A stretch of 64,000 nt of DNA from SAR92 clade bacterium (GTDB taxonomy: Bacteria > Pseudomonadota > Gammaproteobacteria > Pseudomonadales > Porticoccaceae): positions 4,394 to 68,393 of the forward strand of contig JABBBH010000051.1 of the NCBI GenBank assembly GCA_018607525.1. The letters run 5' to 3'. Both the position numbers and the translations under genes were made by a program. Each line of letters begins with the position of its first letter. Position 1 is the first letter of the stretch. Positions 13,654 to 25,282 of this stretch are shown piece after piece. The notes under the pieces are model-generated. The model saw only the letters and a list, made by a program, of their open reading frames with translations, did not search any database and was not told where the DNA came from.

Positions 13654-13930
13654 TTACGTGAATATCTATTTATTAAATATATATATATAGGATTATTATT
13701 GTTGTTATTAGGTAGCTGTTTTTTTGTGAATAACATAAAAAAATTAATATATTTCAATAACATAAGACACTTTTTTACTCAAATAACCGCTGGGAAAACA
13801 TCTATATTAGCCGTGGTTAAGCTAAGGATGAATTGTTAATCAAATCTAACATTTATAAATCATCTGTATAAGTTGCTTAAATTTTTGAACGTATTTGATT
13901 TTTAACCAGAGGTTTTATACAGCTTTTTAA
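13654..13930. other. Putative chromosomal origin oriC (enterobacterial-type layout)
   Basis: AT-rich DUE containing ATCTATTTATT (13664-13674), (AT)n (13677-13689) and TTATTAGG (13705-13712). A consensus DnaA box TGTGAATAA follows at 13725-13733 and an IHF-like TTTCAATAACATA at 13752-13764. Degenerate boxes lie at 13812-13820, 13863-13871 and 13915-13923. The region is upstream of mnmG and gene orientation flips here. Confidence 0.8.
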
Positions 13931-14049
13931 AATTCCCATAATTTAATACTGTTTTGGTTAATTTATGCTGGTATTTGCAGTTTTTTTTGGTAAAAACTGT
14001 TCGTATACTGTTAATAACCTATGTTTTTTACATGAATAGCAGAAGTTTA

Positions 14050-14078
14050 TTGATATAAGGCGATAATTTCTTTAGAAT
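14050..14078 (+). promoter_or_regulatory. sigma70 promoter of the rpmH operon (stringent-type discriminator)
   Basis: TTGATA (14050-14055), 17 bp spacer, TAGAAT (14073-14078), then CGCGCGGC. Confidence 0.75.
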
Positions 14079-14125
14079 CGCGCGGCTCGGAAACATGTAT
14101 ACAAACAGATTTGGACTAATTAGTC

Positions 14126-14260
14126 ATGAAAAGAACATTTCAACCCAGTAACTTAAAACGCAAGCGTACTCACGGCTTTAGATCACGTATGGCTACTAAA
14201 GGCGGTCGCGCTGTATTAAACCGTCGTCGTGCAAAGGGTCGCAAGCGTCTCGCTGCATAA
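14126..14260 (+). CDS. rpmH: 50S ribosomal protein L34
   Basis: Not in the ORF track. Translated by hand: [44 protein letters not shown] (44 aa). Confidence 0.99.
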   Translation: MKRTFQPSNLKRKRTHGFRSRMATKGGRAVLNRRRAKGRKRLAA

Positions 14261-14273
14261 GGATGTGGGCCCT

Positions 14274-14645
14274 GTGCCCAACTTTCCTTTTAAAAAGACT
14301 CAGCGACTTTTAAATGCCTGTGACTATAAGCAGGTGTTCGACAACAATGTTGTCAAGGTCGCTAACTCTTCCCTTCTTATACTAGCCAAGCCTGCTGAAA
14401 ATCACTCAAGGCTGGGGCTGGTTATAGCTAAAAAAAATATTCCTACCGCTGTTCAGAGAAATTTGGTTAAACGTATTGCGCGTGAAACCTTTAGAAAACA
14501 GCAATTTCAATCTCCTGTAGATGTGGTTTTTTTGGCACGAAACGGTGCAAACAAACTATCTCGTGAAAAACTGACACAAATAATTCAAAATTCTTGGGTT
14601 AAGTTAGATGCTCGTTGTAAGATGCTTGAGGTACAGGGTGCGTAG
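14274..14645 (+). CDS. rnpA: Ribonuclease P protein component
   Basis: F.K..RLL...[24 protein letters not shown]. Likely GTG start at 14274 after AAGGA; the track start (14229) lies inside rpmH. Confidence 0.95.
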   Translation: MPNFPFKKTQRLLNACDYKQVFDNNVVKVANSSLLILAKPAENHSRLGLVIAKKNIPTAVQRNLVKRIARETFRKQQFQSPVDVVFLARNGANKLSREKLTQIIQNSWVKLDARCKMLEVQGA

Positions 14646-14892
14646 CCTGTTCATTGGTATTATTAAGCTGTATCAAATACTAATTAGTCCACTTTTGGGC
14701 CCAAATTGTAGATTTCACCCAACCTGCTCACATTATGCGATTGAAGCGATCGCTAGACATGGAGTTTTAAAAGGGGGTTATCTTTCGGTGCGAAGGCTTA
14801 TAAAATGCCAACCTCTACACGAGGGTGGTTTTGACCCGGTACCGGGTCAAAACGATAAACAAAGTCACATTGACGAAAATATTGAGAGATAA
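14638..14892 (+). CDS. yidD: Membrane protein insertion efficiency factor YidD
   Basis: [34 protein letters not shown]; GTG start overlapping the rnpA stop. Confidence 0.95.
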   Translation: MRSLFIGIIKLYQILISPLLGPNCRFHPTCSHYAIEAIARHGVLKGGYLSVRRLIKCQPLHEGGFDPVPGQNDKQSHIDENIER

Positions 14893-14896
14893 ACGT

Positions 14897-16549
14897 ATGA
14901 ATTGGCAAAAAAATATAATCTTAGCGGCTATTGGTGTGGTTGTTTGGTTACTTGTTGTCCGTTGGAGTGGTTTTGAGGGTATTCAGCCAATACAGTCTGT
15001 TGCTGACCAGCAGTCACCGATCCCTGTTGAGATGCAGTATCCAAGCGAATCAACAACTACCTCTACTTTACCTTCGCTCGCTGTTGAGCCAGTGATAAAG
15101 GAAATCTTCGTAGGTTCTGAGCATCAATATGTTACCGTCAAGACAGACGTTATTGAGGTTACCCTAGACACGCTGGGTGGTGACATTGTTGAGGTTAAGC
15201 TTTTAAATAATCTTACCGCAATGGCGGTTGATGGCGGCCAGCCAATCACGTTGTTGACTAGGTCCAATGGAGATTTATTCGTTGCCGAGAGTGGACTGAT
15301 AGGCAAAGATGGCACCGACACAGCTAGTGGTAGACCACAATTTAGCTCGGTTTCTTCAAGCTATGAGTTGCTTGAGGGCGACAGCTCGCTTAATGTTGAT
15401 TTAGTTTATGTTCAAAACGGTATTGATATTATTAAGCGCTTTGAGTTTAAGCCTTCTGATTATCAAATCGGGATTAGATATCTAATTAACAACTCTACGC
15501 AGGCCCCCTGGACAGCTACATTTTTTGGTCAATTTAAGCGTGATGATCATGAGCCTGACAGTAGTGCTTCAGCGGGTATGAAGCCTTATCTGGGTGCCGC
15601 TCTCCGCGAACAGGATCAAAATTATTCAAAATATACTTTTTCAGATATAGAAGATGATTCTGTTAAATCTTCTATTAAAGGCGGTTGGTTGGCTTTTGTT
15701 CAGCACTACTTTGTTAGTGCATGGGTGCTACCGGCAGATCAAAAAAACCGCTATTCATTAAGAAAATTGTCGGGCCAAGATGTTTATCTTATGGCGGTAA
15801 CCGGTGAAAAAATTGATGTAGCAGCAGGAACTCAGGGTGAATATAAGGTGGATTTATATGTAGGCCCTAAGGATCAGGCGACGCTTAAAGAGTTGGCGGA
15901 ACATCTTGATTTAACCATTGATTACGGCTTTCTTTGGATGCTGGCTAAGCCAATATTTGCCCTTTTGGAGATAATTCATAATATTTTAGGCAACTGGGGT
16001 TGGTCGATTATTTTACTGACCATCTTTATTAAAATTCTTCTTTACCCATTGTCGGCTGCTAGTTTGCGTTCTATGGCTAAGATGCGCAAATTACAACCGG
16101 ATATGGCTAGAATTAAAGAGCTGCATAGTGATGATCGCCAAAAGGCCGGTCAGGAACAGATGGCGCTTTTCAAAAAACATCAGGTTAATCCTTTAGGCGG
16201 CTGTTTCCCAATGTTGTTACAAATGCCGGTATTTATTGCGCTGTATTGGGTGTTATCGGAATCTGTTGAAATTCGACATTCGCCCTGGATATTTTGGATT
16301 CAAGACCTGTCTGCCAAGGATCCCCTGTTTATCCTACCTTTAATTATGGGTGCCAGTATGTATTTGATGCAAAAATTGCAACCTACACCCACTGACCCTA
16401 TGCAGGCCAAGGTATTCCAGTTCATGCCTATTATGTTTACATTCTTCTTTATTATGTTTCCGGCGGGATTGGTTCTTTATTGGACGGTAAACAACCTGCT
16501 CAGTATATTGCAGCAGTGGTATGTTAATCGGCAGATAGCGGCCAAGTAA
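14897..16549 (+). CDS. yidC: Membrane protein insertase YidC
   Basis: IDYGFLW, GNWGWSII.LT, NPLGGCFP.LLQMP, YWTVNN; ATG start at 14897. Confidence 0.98.
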   Translation: MNWQKNIILAAIGVVVWLLVVRWSGFEGIQPIQSVADQQSPIPVEMQYPSESTTTSTLPSLAVEPVIKEIFVGSEHQYVTVKTDVIEVTLDTLGGDIVEVKLLNNLTAMAVDGGQPITLLTRSNGDLFVAESGLIGKDGTDTASGRPQFSSVSSSYELLEGDSSLNVDLVYVQNGIDIIKRFEFKPSDYQIGIRYLINNSTQAPWTATFFGQFKRDDHEPDSSASAGMKPYLGAALREQDQNYSKYTFSDIEDDSVKSSIKGGWLAFVQHYFVSAWVLPADQKNRYSLRKLSGQDVYLMAVTGEKIDVAAGTQGEYKVDLYVGPKDQATLKELAEHLDLTIDYGFLWMLAKPIFALLEIIHNILGNWGWSIILLTIFIKILLYPLSAASLRSMAKMRKLQPDMARIKELHSDDRQKAGQEQMALFKKHQVNPLGGCFPMLLQMPVFIALYWVLSESVEIRHSPWIFWIQDLSAKDPLFILPLIMGASMYLMQKLQPTPTDPMQAKVFQFMPIMFTFFFIMFPAGLVLYWTVNNLLSILQQWYVNRQIAAK

Positions 16550-16554
16550 ATTAT

Positions 16555-16582
16555 AAAAAAGCCTCTTCGGGGGCTTTTTTTT
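16555..16582 (+). terminator. Intrinsic terminator between yidC and mnmE
   Basis: AAAAAAGCCTC-TTCG-GGGGCTTTTTTTT. Confidence 0.85.
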
Positions 16583-16598
16583 CGGGCATAATTACTCT

Positions 16599-17981
16599 AT
16601 GAATCTTAATACCATATCCAATAATACAGATACCATCGTCGCTGTTGCTACCGCACCTGGTCGAGGCGGTGTAGGTGTGGTTAGGATTTCAGGGAAAGAC
16701 ATATCGCCCTTTATTACTGGTTTTTTGGGCGAGAAAACGACTTTAAAACCAAGGCAGGCTTATTATTCTTCCTTCCTTGATGTTGACGCTAATCCCCTTG
16801 ATCAGGGCTTGGCACTGTATTTTCCAGCCCCTCACTCATTTACCGGCGAGCATGTTCTTGAGCTTCATGGTCACGGCGGTCCCGTGGTAATGGACCTTTT
16901 GATTAATCGTAGTATTGAGTTGGGTGCACGCATGGCACGCCCTGGCGAGTTTAGCGAAAGGGCTTTTTTGAATGATAAGCTCGATCTAGCTCAGGCGGAA
17001 GCCGTTGCTGATCTGATTGATGCGAGTTCTTCACAGGCTGCAAGGTCTGCCGTGAGGTCTTTACAGGGCGAGTTTTCAACCAAGATTCAAGCTTTTGTGG
17101 AGCGCATGATTGCCTTGAGGGTTTTTGTTGAGGCGGCGATTGATTTTCCAGAAGAAGAAATCGACTTTTTAGCGGATACCAGTCTCCGAAAAAAGCTTGA
17201 TGCTCTTAGTGCGGATCTTATCGAATTCCTTTCTATGGCCCATCAGGGCGCCTTATTGAGAGAGGGGATCACTCTGGTGTTAGCGGGCAAGCCGAATGCG
17301 GGTAAATCCAGCTTACTTAACGCCCTTGCTGGCCAGGATACGGCTATTGTTACGGCTATAGCGGGGACCACCAGAGATGTTTTAAGGGAAAAAATAAACT
17401 TAGAAGGTGTCCCTTTAAATATTGTTGATACAGCCGGTTTGAGGGATACCGAGGACGAGGTTGAGCAACAGGGGGTCAAAAGAGCCTGGCAAGAAATAGA
17501 AAAAGCTGACGCGATTTTATATGTGATCGACGTTTCCAGCAATGATGAAACCCGCTTAGAAGAACTATGGCCCGAATATTCCCAACGTTTTTCTAAGGGC
17601 CAGCATAAAATAATCTCAGTATTTAATAAGGTTGATTTGGTTGATGATTTTAAGGGGCGAAAAGAAGGTCCCTTAAATGCTTTCTTATCGGCTAAAACCG
17701 GGGCTGGATTAGATGGTTTAAAGCAAACCATTCTTGATACTGTTGGCTATCAAAATCAGGCAGAAGGATTATTTTCAGCAAGACGCCGACATCTTACGGC
17801 TATCACTCAAGCATCTGAGTTGGTCGTTCATGGTATCGCACAATTAAATGCAACTAATGCCGGCGAGCTTCTTGCGGAAGATTTACGTGAGGCCCAGCGG
17901 TATCTATCTGAAATTACAGGAGAATTTACCTCAGATGATTTACTGGGCGTTATTTTTTCTTCATTCTGCATCGGAAAGTGA
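16599..17981 (+). CDS. mnmE: tRNA modification GTPase MnmE (TrmE)
   Basis: ATAPGRGGVG, GKPNAGKSSLLN, DTAGLR, C-terminal FCIGK. Confidence 0.99.
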   Translation: MNLNTISNNTDTIVAVATAPGRGGVGVVRISGKDISPFITGFLGEKTTLKPRQAYYSSFLDVDANPLDQGLALYFPAPHSFTGEHVLELHGHGGPVVMDLLINRSIELGARMARPGEFSERAFLNDKLDLAQAEAVADLIDASSSQAARSAVRSLQGEFSTKIQAFVERMIALRVFVEAAIDFPEEEIDFLADTSLRKKLDALSADLIEFLSMAHQGALLREGITLVLAGKPNAGKSSLLNALAGQDTAIVTAIAGTTRDVLREKINLEGVPLNIVDTAGLRDTEDEVEQQGVKRAWQEIEKADAILYVIDVSSNDETRLEELWPEYSQRFSKGQHKIISVFNKVDLVDDFKGRKEGPLNAFLSAKTGAGLDGLKQTILDTVGYQNQAEGLFSARRRHLTAITQASELVVHGIAQLNATNAGELLAEDLREAQRYLSEITGEFTSDDLLGVIFSSFCIGK

Positions 17982-18076
17982 CTGGATAAAAAAAAGCGGT
18001 CACCATAACCTACTTGAGATTAATCATTCTGCAAAATAATCACAAAATACAGGCTTAATCACTGGTTTTATACTGT

Positions 18077-18252
18077 ATATCCACAGGTTGTTAACAATAA
18101 ATGATCACTTTTTAACCAGAAAAATCTTTTTCTCTGTTGATAGAAAAATTCTTGAATTTATATAACCTATTGTTTTTTATGAATTTAATAAAAAACTTTT
18201 TTTTGGATAGGGTTTTCGGGGTGTGGATAGTTTTATTTATAGGGTATAGACT
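18077..18252 (+). promoter_or_regulatory. dnaA upstream region with DnaA boxes and candidate promoter
   Basis: ATATCCACA at 18077-18085. Minus-strand CTATCCAAA (18202-18210) and CTATCCACA (18222-18230) are 20 bp apart. TGGATA (18224-18229), a 17 bp spacer and TAGACT (18247-18252) form a candidate promoter, so a box overlaps the -35. Confidence 0.6.
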
Positions 18253-18353
18253 CTGTTCAATGCTTAAAAAAGCTAAAAATATAACAAGAAATTAATTATT
18301 AATCTGGAATTTAATTCCTTTTCAATCGACAGACTACAGCTAAGGTATAAATC

Positions 18354-19820
18354 ATGGGGTTTGATGCACCCGACATTGTTTGGTCTCAGTGCCAGAACAC
18401 ACTTCAGAGTGAATTGCCTGAACAGCAATACAACACCTGGATAAGACCTTTAAAAGTAAAATATTTTCAGGAAGATCAAAGTCAGTTTAATCAGCCATCC
18501 GGCAACGAGGTGGTAGAGCTTGTGGCACCCAACCGATTTGTTGAGGATTGGGTTAAAAACAAGTTTCTGACTCGAATTGAAGAGCTTTTCCAGCAGCTAA
18601 GTGGAAACGGTGTGGTTTTAGGTGTTTCAGCGACGCCGACCAATCAGCCGCAGTATAAGCAACACAATCATTTGAACAAAACCTCGGTTGAGCCGTTAAT
18701 AGCTCCCTCTGTAGCACCTACGCTTCAGTCTAGCCACAATAACTCAACCCTCATAGACTCTGCGCCAGCAGTTATTCGCTCGGCGGCTGAAACCAGCTTG
18801 CGCACTAATCTAAATAATGAGTTTACCTTTGATAGTTTTGTTGAGGGTAAGTCTAACCAGTTGGCTTTGGCTGCTGCTCAACAGGTTGCAGAGAATCCAG
18901 GTGGTTCCTACAATCCTCTGTTTATTTATGGCGGTGTTGGTTTAGGTAAAACGCATCTTATGCACGCTGTGGGTCATGCCATGCGAGCAAAAAAGCCAGA
19001 TGCCAAAATTGTTTATCTGCACTCTGAGCGTTTTGTTGGCGATATGGTAAAGGCCCTGCAGCTTAAGGCTATTGACGAGTTTAAGCGATTTTATCGTTCT
19101 GTTGATGCGCTATTGATTGATGATATTCAGTTTTTCTCCGGCAAGGAGCGCTCTCAAGAAGAGTTTTTCCATACTTATAATGCCCTGCTTGAGGGTGGCC
19201 AGCAGATGATTCTCACCAGTGATCGCTATCCAAAAGAGATTGATGGCGTTGAAGAGCGTCTCAAATCACGTTTTGGTTGGGGGCTAACGGTTGCTGTAGA
19301 GCCGCCAGAGCTTGAAACTCGGGCTGCCATTCTCATTAATAAGGCTGAGCAGTGTGGGGTGCATCTGTCTAAAGACGCGGCATTCTTTATTGCTCAGCGT
19401 ATTAGGTCTAATGTGCGCGAGCTAGAAGGTGCATTTAAGCGGGTTATGGCCCATGCCCAGTTCACTAGGCGACCCATTGATATTGATCTTATTCGTGAGT
19501 CACTTAAGGATCTACTGGCGCTGCAAGATAAGCTGGTTACTGTCGATAATATTCAGCGCGTGGTTTCTGATTATTATCAGCTAAAAATGTCAGATCTGCT
19601 CTCAAGGCGCAGAAGCCGCTCGGTTGCGAGACCTAGGCAGGTCGCTATGTCTATAGCTAAAGAGCTTACCAACCATAGCTTGCCTGAAATTGGTGAGGCC
19701 TTTGGTGGTCGTGACCATACAACCGTGTTGCATGCCTGTCGAAAAGTTAAAGAGCTTGAGGGTGCTGACCGCGAAGTACAGCGAGATCTTAAGAATCTAT
19801 ACAGAACACTTTCAACCTAA
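18354..19820 (+). CDS. dnaA: Chromosomal replication initiator DnaA
   Basis: [35 protein letters not shown]. Confidence 0.99.
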   Translation: MGFDAPDIVWSQCQNTLQSELPEQQYNTWIRPLKVKYFQEDQSQFNQPSGNEVVELVAPNRFVEDWVKNKFLTRIEELFQQLSGNGVVLGVSATPTNQPQYKQHNHLNKTSVEPLIAPSVAPTLQSSHNNSTLIDSAPAVIRSAAETSLRTNLNNEFTFDSFVEGKSNQLALAAAQQVAENPGGSYNPLFIYGGVGLGKTHLMHAVGHAMRAKKPDAKIVYLHSERFVGDMVKALQLKAIDEFKRFYRSVDALLIDDIQFFSGKERSQEEFFHTYNALLEGGQQMILTSDRYPKEIDGVEERLKSRFGWGLTVAVEPPELETRAAILINKAEQCGVHLSKDAAFFIAQRIRSNVRELEGAFKRVMAHAQFTRRPIDIDLIRESLKDLLALQDKLVTVDNIQRVVSDYYQLKMSDLLSRRRSRSVARPRQVAMSIAKELTNHSLPEIGEAFGGRDHTTVLHACRKVKELEGADREVQRDLKNLYRTLST

Positions 19821-19858
19821 AAGTTTATAATAAATAAAATTCCCGGAGAAATTACATT

Positions 19859-20962
19859 ATGAAATTTAGCCTTTCAAGAGAAGCTTTGCTTAACCCGTTG
19901 CAGTTAGTGGTGGGTGTGGTTGAACGTCGGCAAACGCTTCCTATTCTTTCCAATGTCTTATTGTGCCTTGAGGGCAACAGACTATCCATGACCGGTACGG
20001 ATTTGGAAGTTGAAATTAAGGGCTCAACAGAAGTTGTTTCCTCCTTGGAGGAAGGTGAGGTTACGGTTTCGGCTCGCAAGATACTTGATATATGTCGTTC
20101 GTTGCCAGAAGGCGCCCAAGTTGATTTCTCAAGTAGTGATGGTAAGGCCTTGATAGTGAGCGGTAGAGGCAGTTTCACGCTAGCTACTTTACCGGCTAAT
20201 GAATTTCCAAGCGTTGATGAAGGTGAGCAAAACGTTGAATTTACAGTTCAAGGCACGGTGTTAAGGAATCTTATCGATGCAACCTCGTTTGCTATGGCAC
20301 AGCAGGATGTTCGTTACTACCTAAACGGTATGCTTTGGGAGGTTACACAAAACCAATTGCGCGCTGTAGCTACGGATGGCCACCGTTTAGCCCTCTGTGA
20401 TACACCCTGTGAGGTTTCTGTTGCCGAAGCTAAGGTAACAGCCATCCTGCCAAGAAAAGGCATTATAGAGCTTTCTAGGCTGCTGTCTGATGATGATGTA
20501 AGTGTTTCTATTGGCTCAAACCATATCCGCGTTACTGGGGGAGACTACTGCTTCACGTCCAAGTTGGTTGATGGCGCCTATCCGGACTATGATCGTGTAG
20601 TGCCTAAAGGTGGTGATAAGCTAGTTGTGGGTAATCGCGAGCAGTTAAAACAGGCCTTTGGCCGGACTGCCATTTTATCTAACGAGAAATATCGTGGCGT
20701 TAGAATTGAGCTAGTGAGTGGCGCAATGCACCTTGTAGCTAACAACCCAGAGCAGGAAGAGGCACAAGAGGAAGTTACAGTTGCCTATAATGGTGAGTCT
20801 CTTGAGATTGGTTTTAATGTGAGTTACCTACTGGATGTTTTAAATGTCTTAAAAAGCTCTGAAATTCGTTTTACCCTAGCGGATTCTAACAGCAGTGCGT
20901 TGGTTGAAGATGCTAGCGGTGAGAGTAAAGCGACCTATGTGGTTATGCCGATGCGCCTTTAG
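19859..20962 (+). CDS. dnaN: DNA polymerase III beta clamp
   Basis: RRQTLPILSNV, ATDGHRLA, YVVMPMRL. Confidence 0.99.
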   Translation: MKFSLSREALLNPLQLVVGVVERRQTLPILSNVLLCLEGNRLSMTGTDLEVEIKGSTEVVSSLEEGEVTVSARKILDICRSLPEGAQVDFSSSDGKALIVSGRGSFTLATLPANEFPSVDEGEQNVEFTVQGTVLRNLIDATSFAMAQQDVRYYLNGMLWEVTQNQLRAVATDGHRLALCDTPCEVSVAEAKVTAILPRKGIIELSRLLSDDDVSVSIGSNHIRVTGGDYCFTSKLVDGAYPDYDRVVPKGGDKLVVGNREQLKQAFGRTAILSNEKYRGVRIELVSGAMHLVANNPEQEEAQEEVTVAYNGESLEIGFNVSYLLDVLNVLKSSEIRFTLADSNSSALVEDASGESKATYVVMPMRL

Positions 20963-20994
20963 GGCGCAGCTAGCGGCTTATTGGCCAAGTTAAA

Positions 20995-22080
20995 ATGTAT
21001 TTAGGCAGTGTTAGTTTCGATGGGGTTAGAAATCTAACTTCCGTGAGTTTGGATTGCCATTCTAAGGCCAATATTATTTATGGAGCGAATGGAAGTGGCA
21101 AAACCAGTCTACTAGAAGCAGTTTTTTTGCTGGGCCGCGGCCGCTCTTTTAGGCATCGTGACCTTCGTTTGGTCATTAGCCGTGGTGCTGATCAGCTAGT
21201 TGTGTCCGGCAAGGTGGCTAGACCTGATAATAACAGCTCCCACCAGCTGGGCGTAAGCCGGTCTTCCAAAGGCGGTTTTGAGGCGCGCTGTAATGGTAAA
21301 AATCTAGGCTCTGCAGCGGAGCTTGCAGCGGAGCTTCCTATTCAGCTTGTCGATGCCCATAGCTTCTCTCTTTTGGAGGGTGGCCCTCTTCAGAGGCGTC
21401 AGTTTATAGATTGGGGTGTGTTCCACGTGGAACATGGCTTTGCAAATTTGTGGAAACGCTTCCAAAAAGCATTAAAACAGCGCAATCAACTGCTCCGTCA
21501 TGCTAGAATAGATGAAGAATCCTTGGCGCTTTGGTCTAAGGAGCTGGCTCCTTTAAATGAAATGATCACTGAGCAGCGTAAGGATTATTTAAAACAGCTT
21601 GAGCGCTATATATCGCCACTGGTGCAGGCCCTCAAGGGTCTCGGTGAGGTGACTTTAGAGTATAATCAAGGTTGGCAGGAAGGTGCGTCGCTGATAGATG
21701 TTTTTTCTGCAGACCGGGATAGAGATGTGGCGGTCGGGACAACGTCCCATGGCGCGCAGCGAGCGGACATTAAGCTTATGGTTGATGGTGAAATTGCGGC
21801 AGATAGCCTGTCACGCGGCCAGTCAAAGCTTTTGGTTTACGCGCTTAAGCTGGCGCAAGCAGCACACTTTAAGGCGGTAACTGGCAATAGCTGTGTATTC
21901 CTTTTAGATGACTTGCCAGCAGAATTAGATGCGGACAACTGTAGGGATGTATTAGACTACCTCAACGGTTTAGGCTGCCAGTATTTTGTTACTGGCGTAG
22001 ATAAAGAAAATTTTGAGGCTGTAGCTAAGGAAGGCGCCAAATTGTTCCACGTGGAACATGGCGTTATTTCAAACGTTTAA
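20995..22080 (+). CDS. recF: DNA replication/repair protein RecF
   Basis: GANGSGKTSLLEA, RRQFIDWGVFH, LSRGQ.K, LLDDLPAELD. Confidence 0.98.
   Translation: MYLGSVSFDGVRNLTSVSLDCHSKANIIYGANGSGKTSLLEAVFLLGRGRSFRHRDLRLVISRGADQLVVSGKVARPDNNSSHQLGVSRSSKGGFEARCNGKNLGSAAELAAELPIQLVDAHSFSLLEGGPLQRRQFIDWGVFHVEHGFANLWKRFQKALKQRNQLLRHARIDEESLALWSKELAPLNEMITEQRKDYLKQLERYISPLVQALKGLGEVTLEYNQGWQEGASLIDVFSADRDRDVAVGTTSHGAQRADIKLMVDGEIAADSLSRGQSKLLVYALKLAQAAHFKAVTGNSCVFLLDDLPAELDADNCRDVLDYLNGLGCQYFVTGVDKENFEAVAKEGAKLFHVEHGVISNV
21419..21434. promoter_or_regulatory. parS site 1 (ParB loading), inside recF
   Basis: Perfect palindrome TGTTCCACGTGGAACA, the known Pseudomonas-type parS. Confidence 0.95.
22043..22058. 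promoter_or_regulatory. parS site 2, at the 3' end of recF
   Basis: Perfect palindrome TGTTCCACGTGGAACA. Confidence 0.95.
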
Positions 22081-24516
<2,436 letters not shown>

Positions 24517-24534
24517 GATATATTTAAGCCCGTT

Positions 24535-25281
24535 TTAGACGGGCTTATGCTTTTCAAGGCTCGTTGCAATCCATGCACGAGCCTTTTCTGTAATATCCCT
24601 AGCAGAAAGCCCCTCTGGCTGTATTTTGGGCCCAACCTGCATATCAATTGTTCCTGGTTTAATAATAAAACGACTTGGGTTCCAGTAAGCGCCACTATTC
24701 TGTGATACAGGCAGTACCGGAACATTTGCTTGAATCGCCAGCGCAGCACCGCTAGTCTTAAATTCGCCTAGAGCGCCATCAGCAACACGAGTACCCTCAG
24801 GATAGATAATAATATTATTGCCTGCATTCAGCCTTTTTACGCCCTGCTTTAGAACATAACGTATAGCGGACGATGGGCGAGAGCGTTTAATTGCTATGGG
24901 CCTCATCAGGAATAGCGCCCAACCAAAAAAAGGTATCCAGAGAAGTTCTCTTTTTAAAATAACGTTTGCCGGCTGGAAAAACCACTGCATAAAAAACGTT
25001 TCCCAGGTGCTTTGGTGGTTACTCAAGACGACAAAGGCTTGGCTGGGTATATTTTTTTCGCCTGTAACGTTAATGCGTACATTACAGCTAAGTCTCAGCC
25101 ATAGCATAACCAGATAATTACCGGTGGTAGCTATACGCTGTAAAAGCTTAAAAGGGAGGAAAAATAGACAGCAGGTGACAAAGCTTGCGGACACCGTGAT
25201 GACAACAAAGCCAAGGTAAAACAAAGCCGTTCGACACAGGGAAATTAGACGGCAGAACAGGCTACATACCGCGTTATTCAT
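24535..25281 (-). CDS. plsC: 1-acyl-sn-glycerol-3-phosphate acyltransferase
   Basis: NHQSTWET (HX4D/E) and YPEGTR motifs; usual position after glyS. Confidence 0.9.
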   Translation of the reverse strand: MNNAVCSLFCRLISLCRTALFYLGFVVITVSASFVTCCLFFLPFKLLQRIATTGNYLVMLWLRLSCNVRINVTGEKNIPSQAFVVLSNHQSTWETFFMQWFFQPANVILKRELLWIPFFGWALFLMRPIAIKRSRPSSAIRYVLKQGVKRLNAGNNIIIYPEGTRVADGALGEFKTSGAALAIQANVPVLPVSQNSGAYWNPSRFIIKPGTIDMQVGPKIQPEGLSARDITEKARAWIATSLEKHKPV

Positions 25282-25282
25282 A

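Noticed and set aside
13576-13665. TTACGTGAATAT repeats read as degenerate parS sites
   Set aside because: They share only the ACGTGAA core with parS and lack palindromic arms, so a weak DnaA-box-like reading fits better.
17243-17731. 162-aa minus-strand ORF
   Set aside because: Lies wholly antisense within the GTPase domain of mnmE, with no RBS or motif.
13930-18070. Recombinase-driven, switchable inversion of the rpmH-mnmE block
   Set aside because: No inverted repeat longer than about 7-9 bp was found between the two boundary spacers, the shared motifs are in direct orientation, and no invertase gene is in the window.
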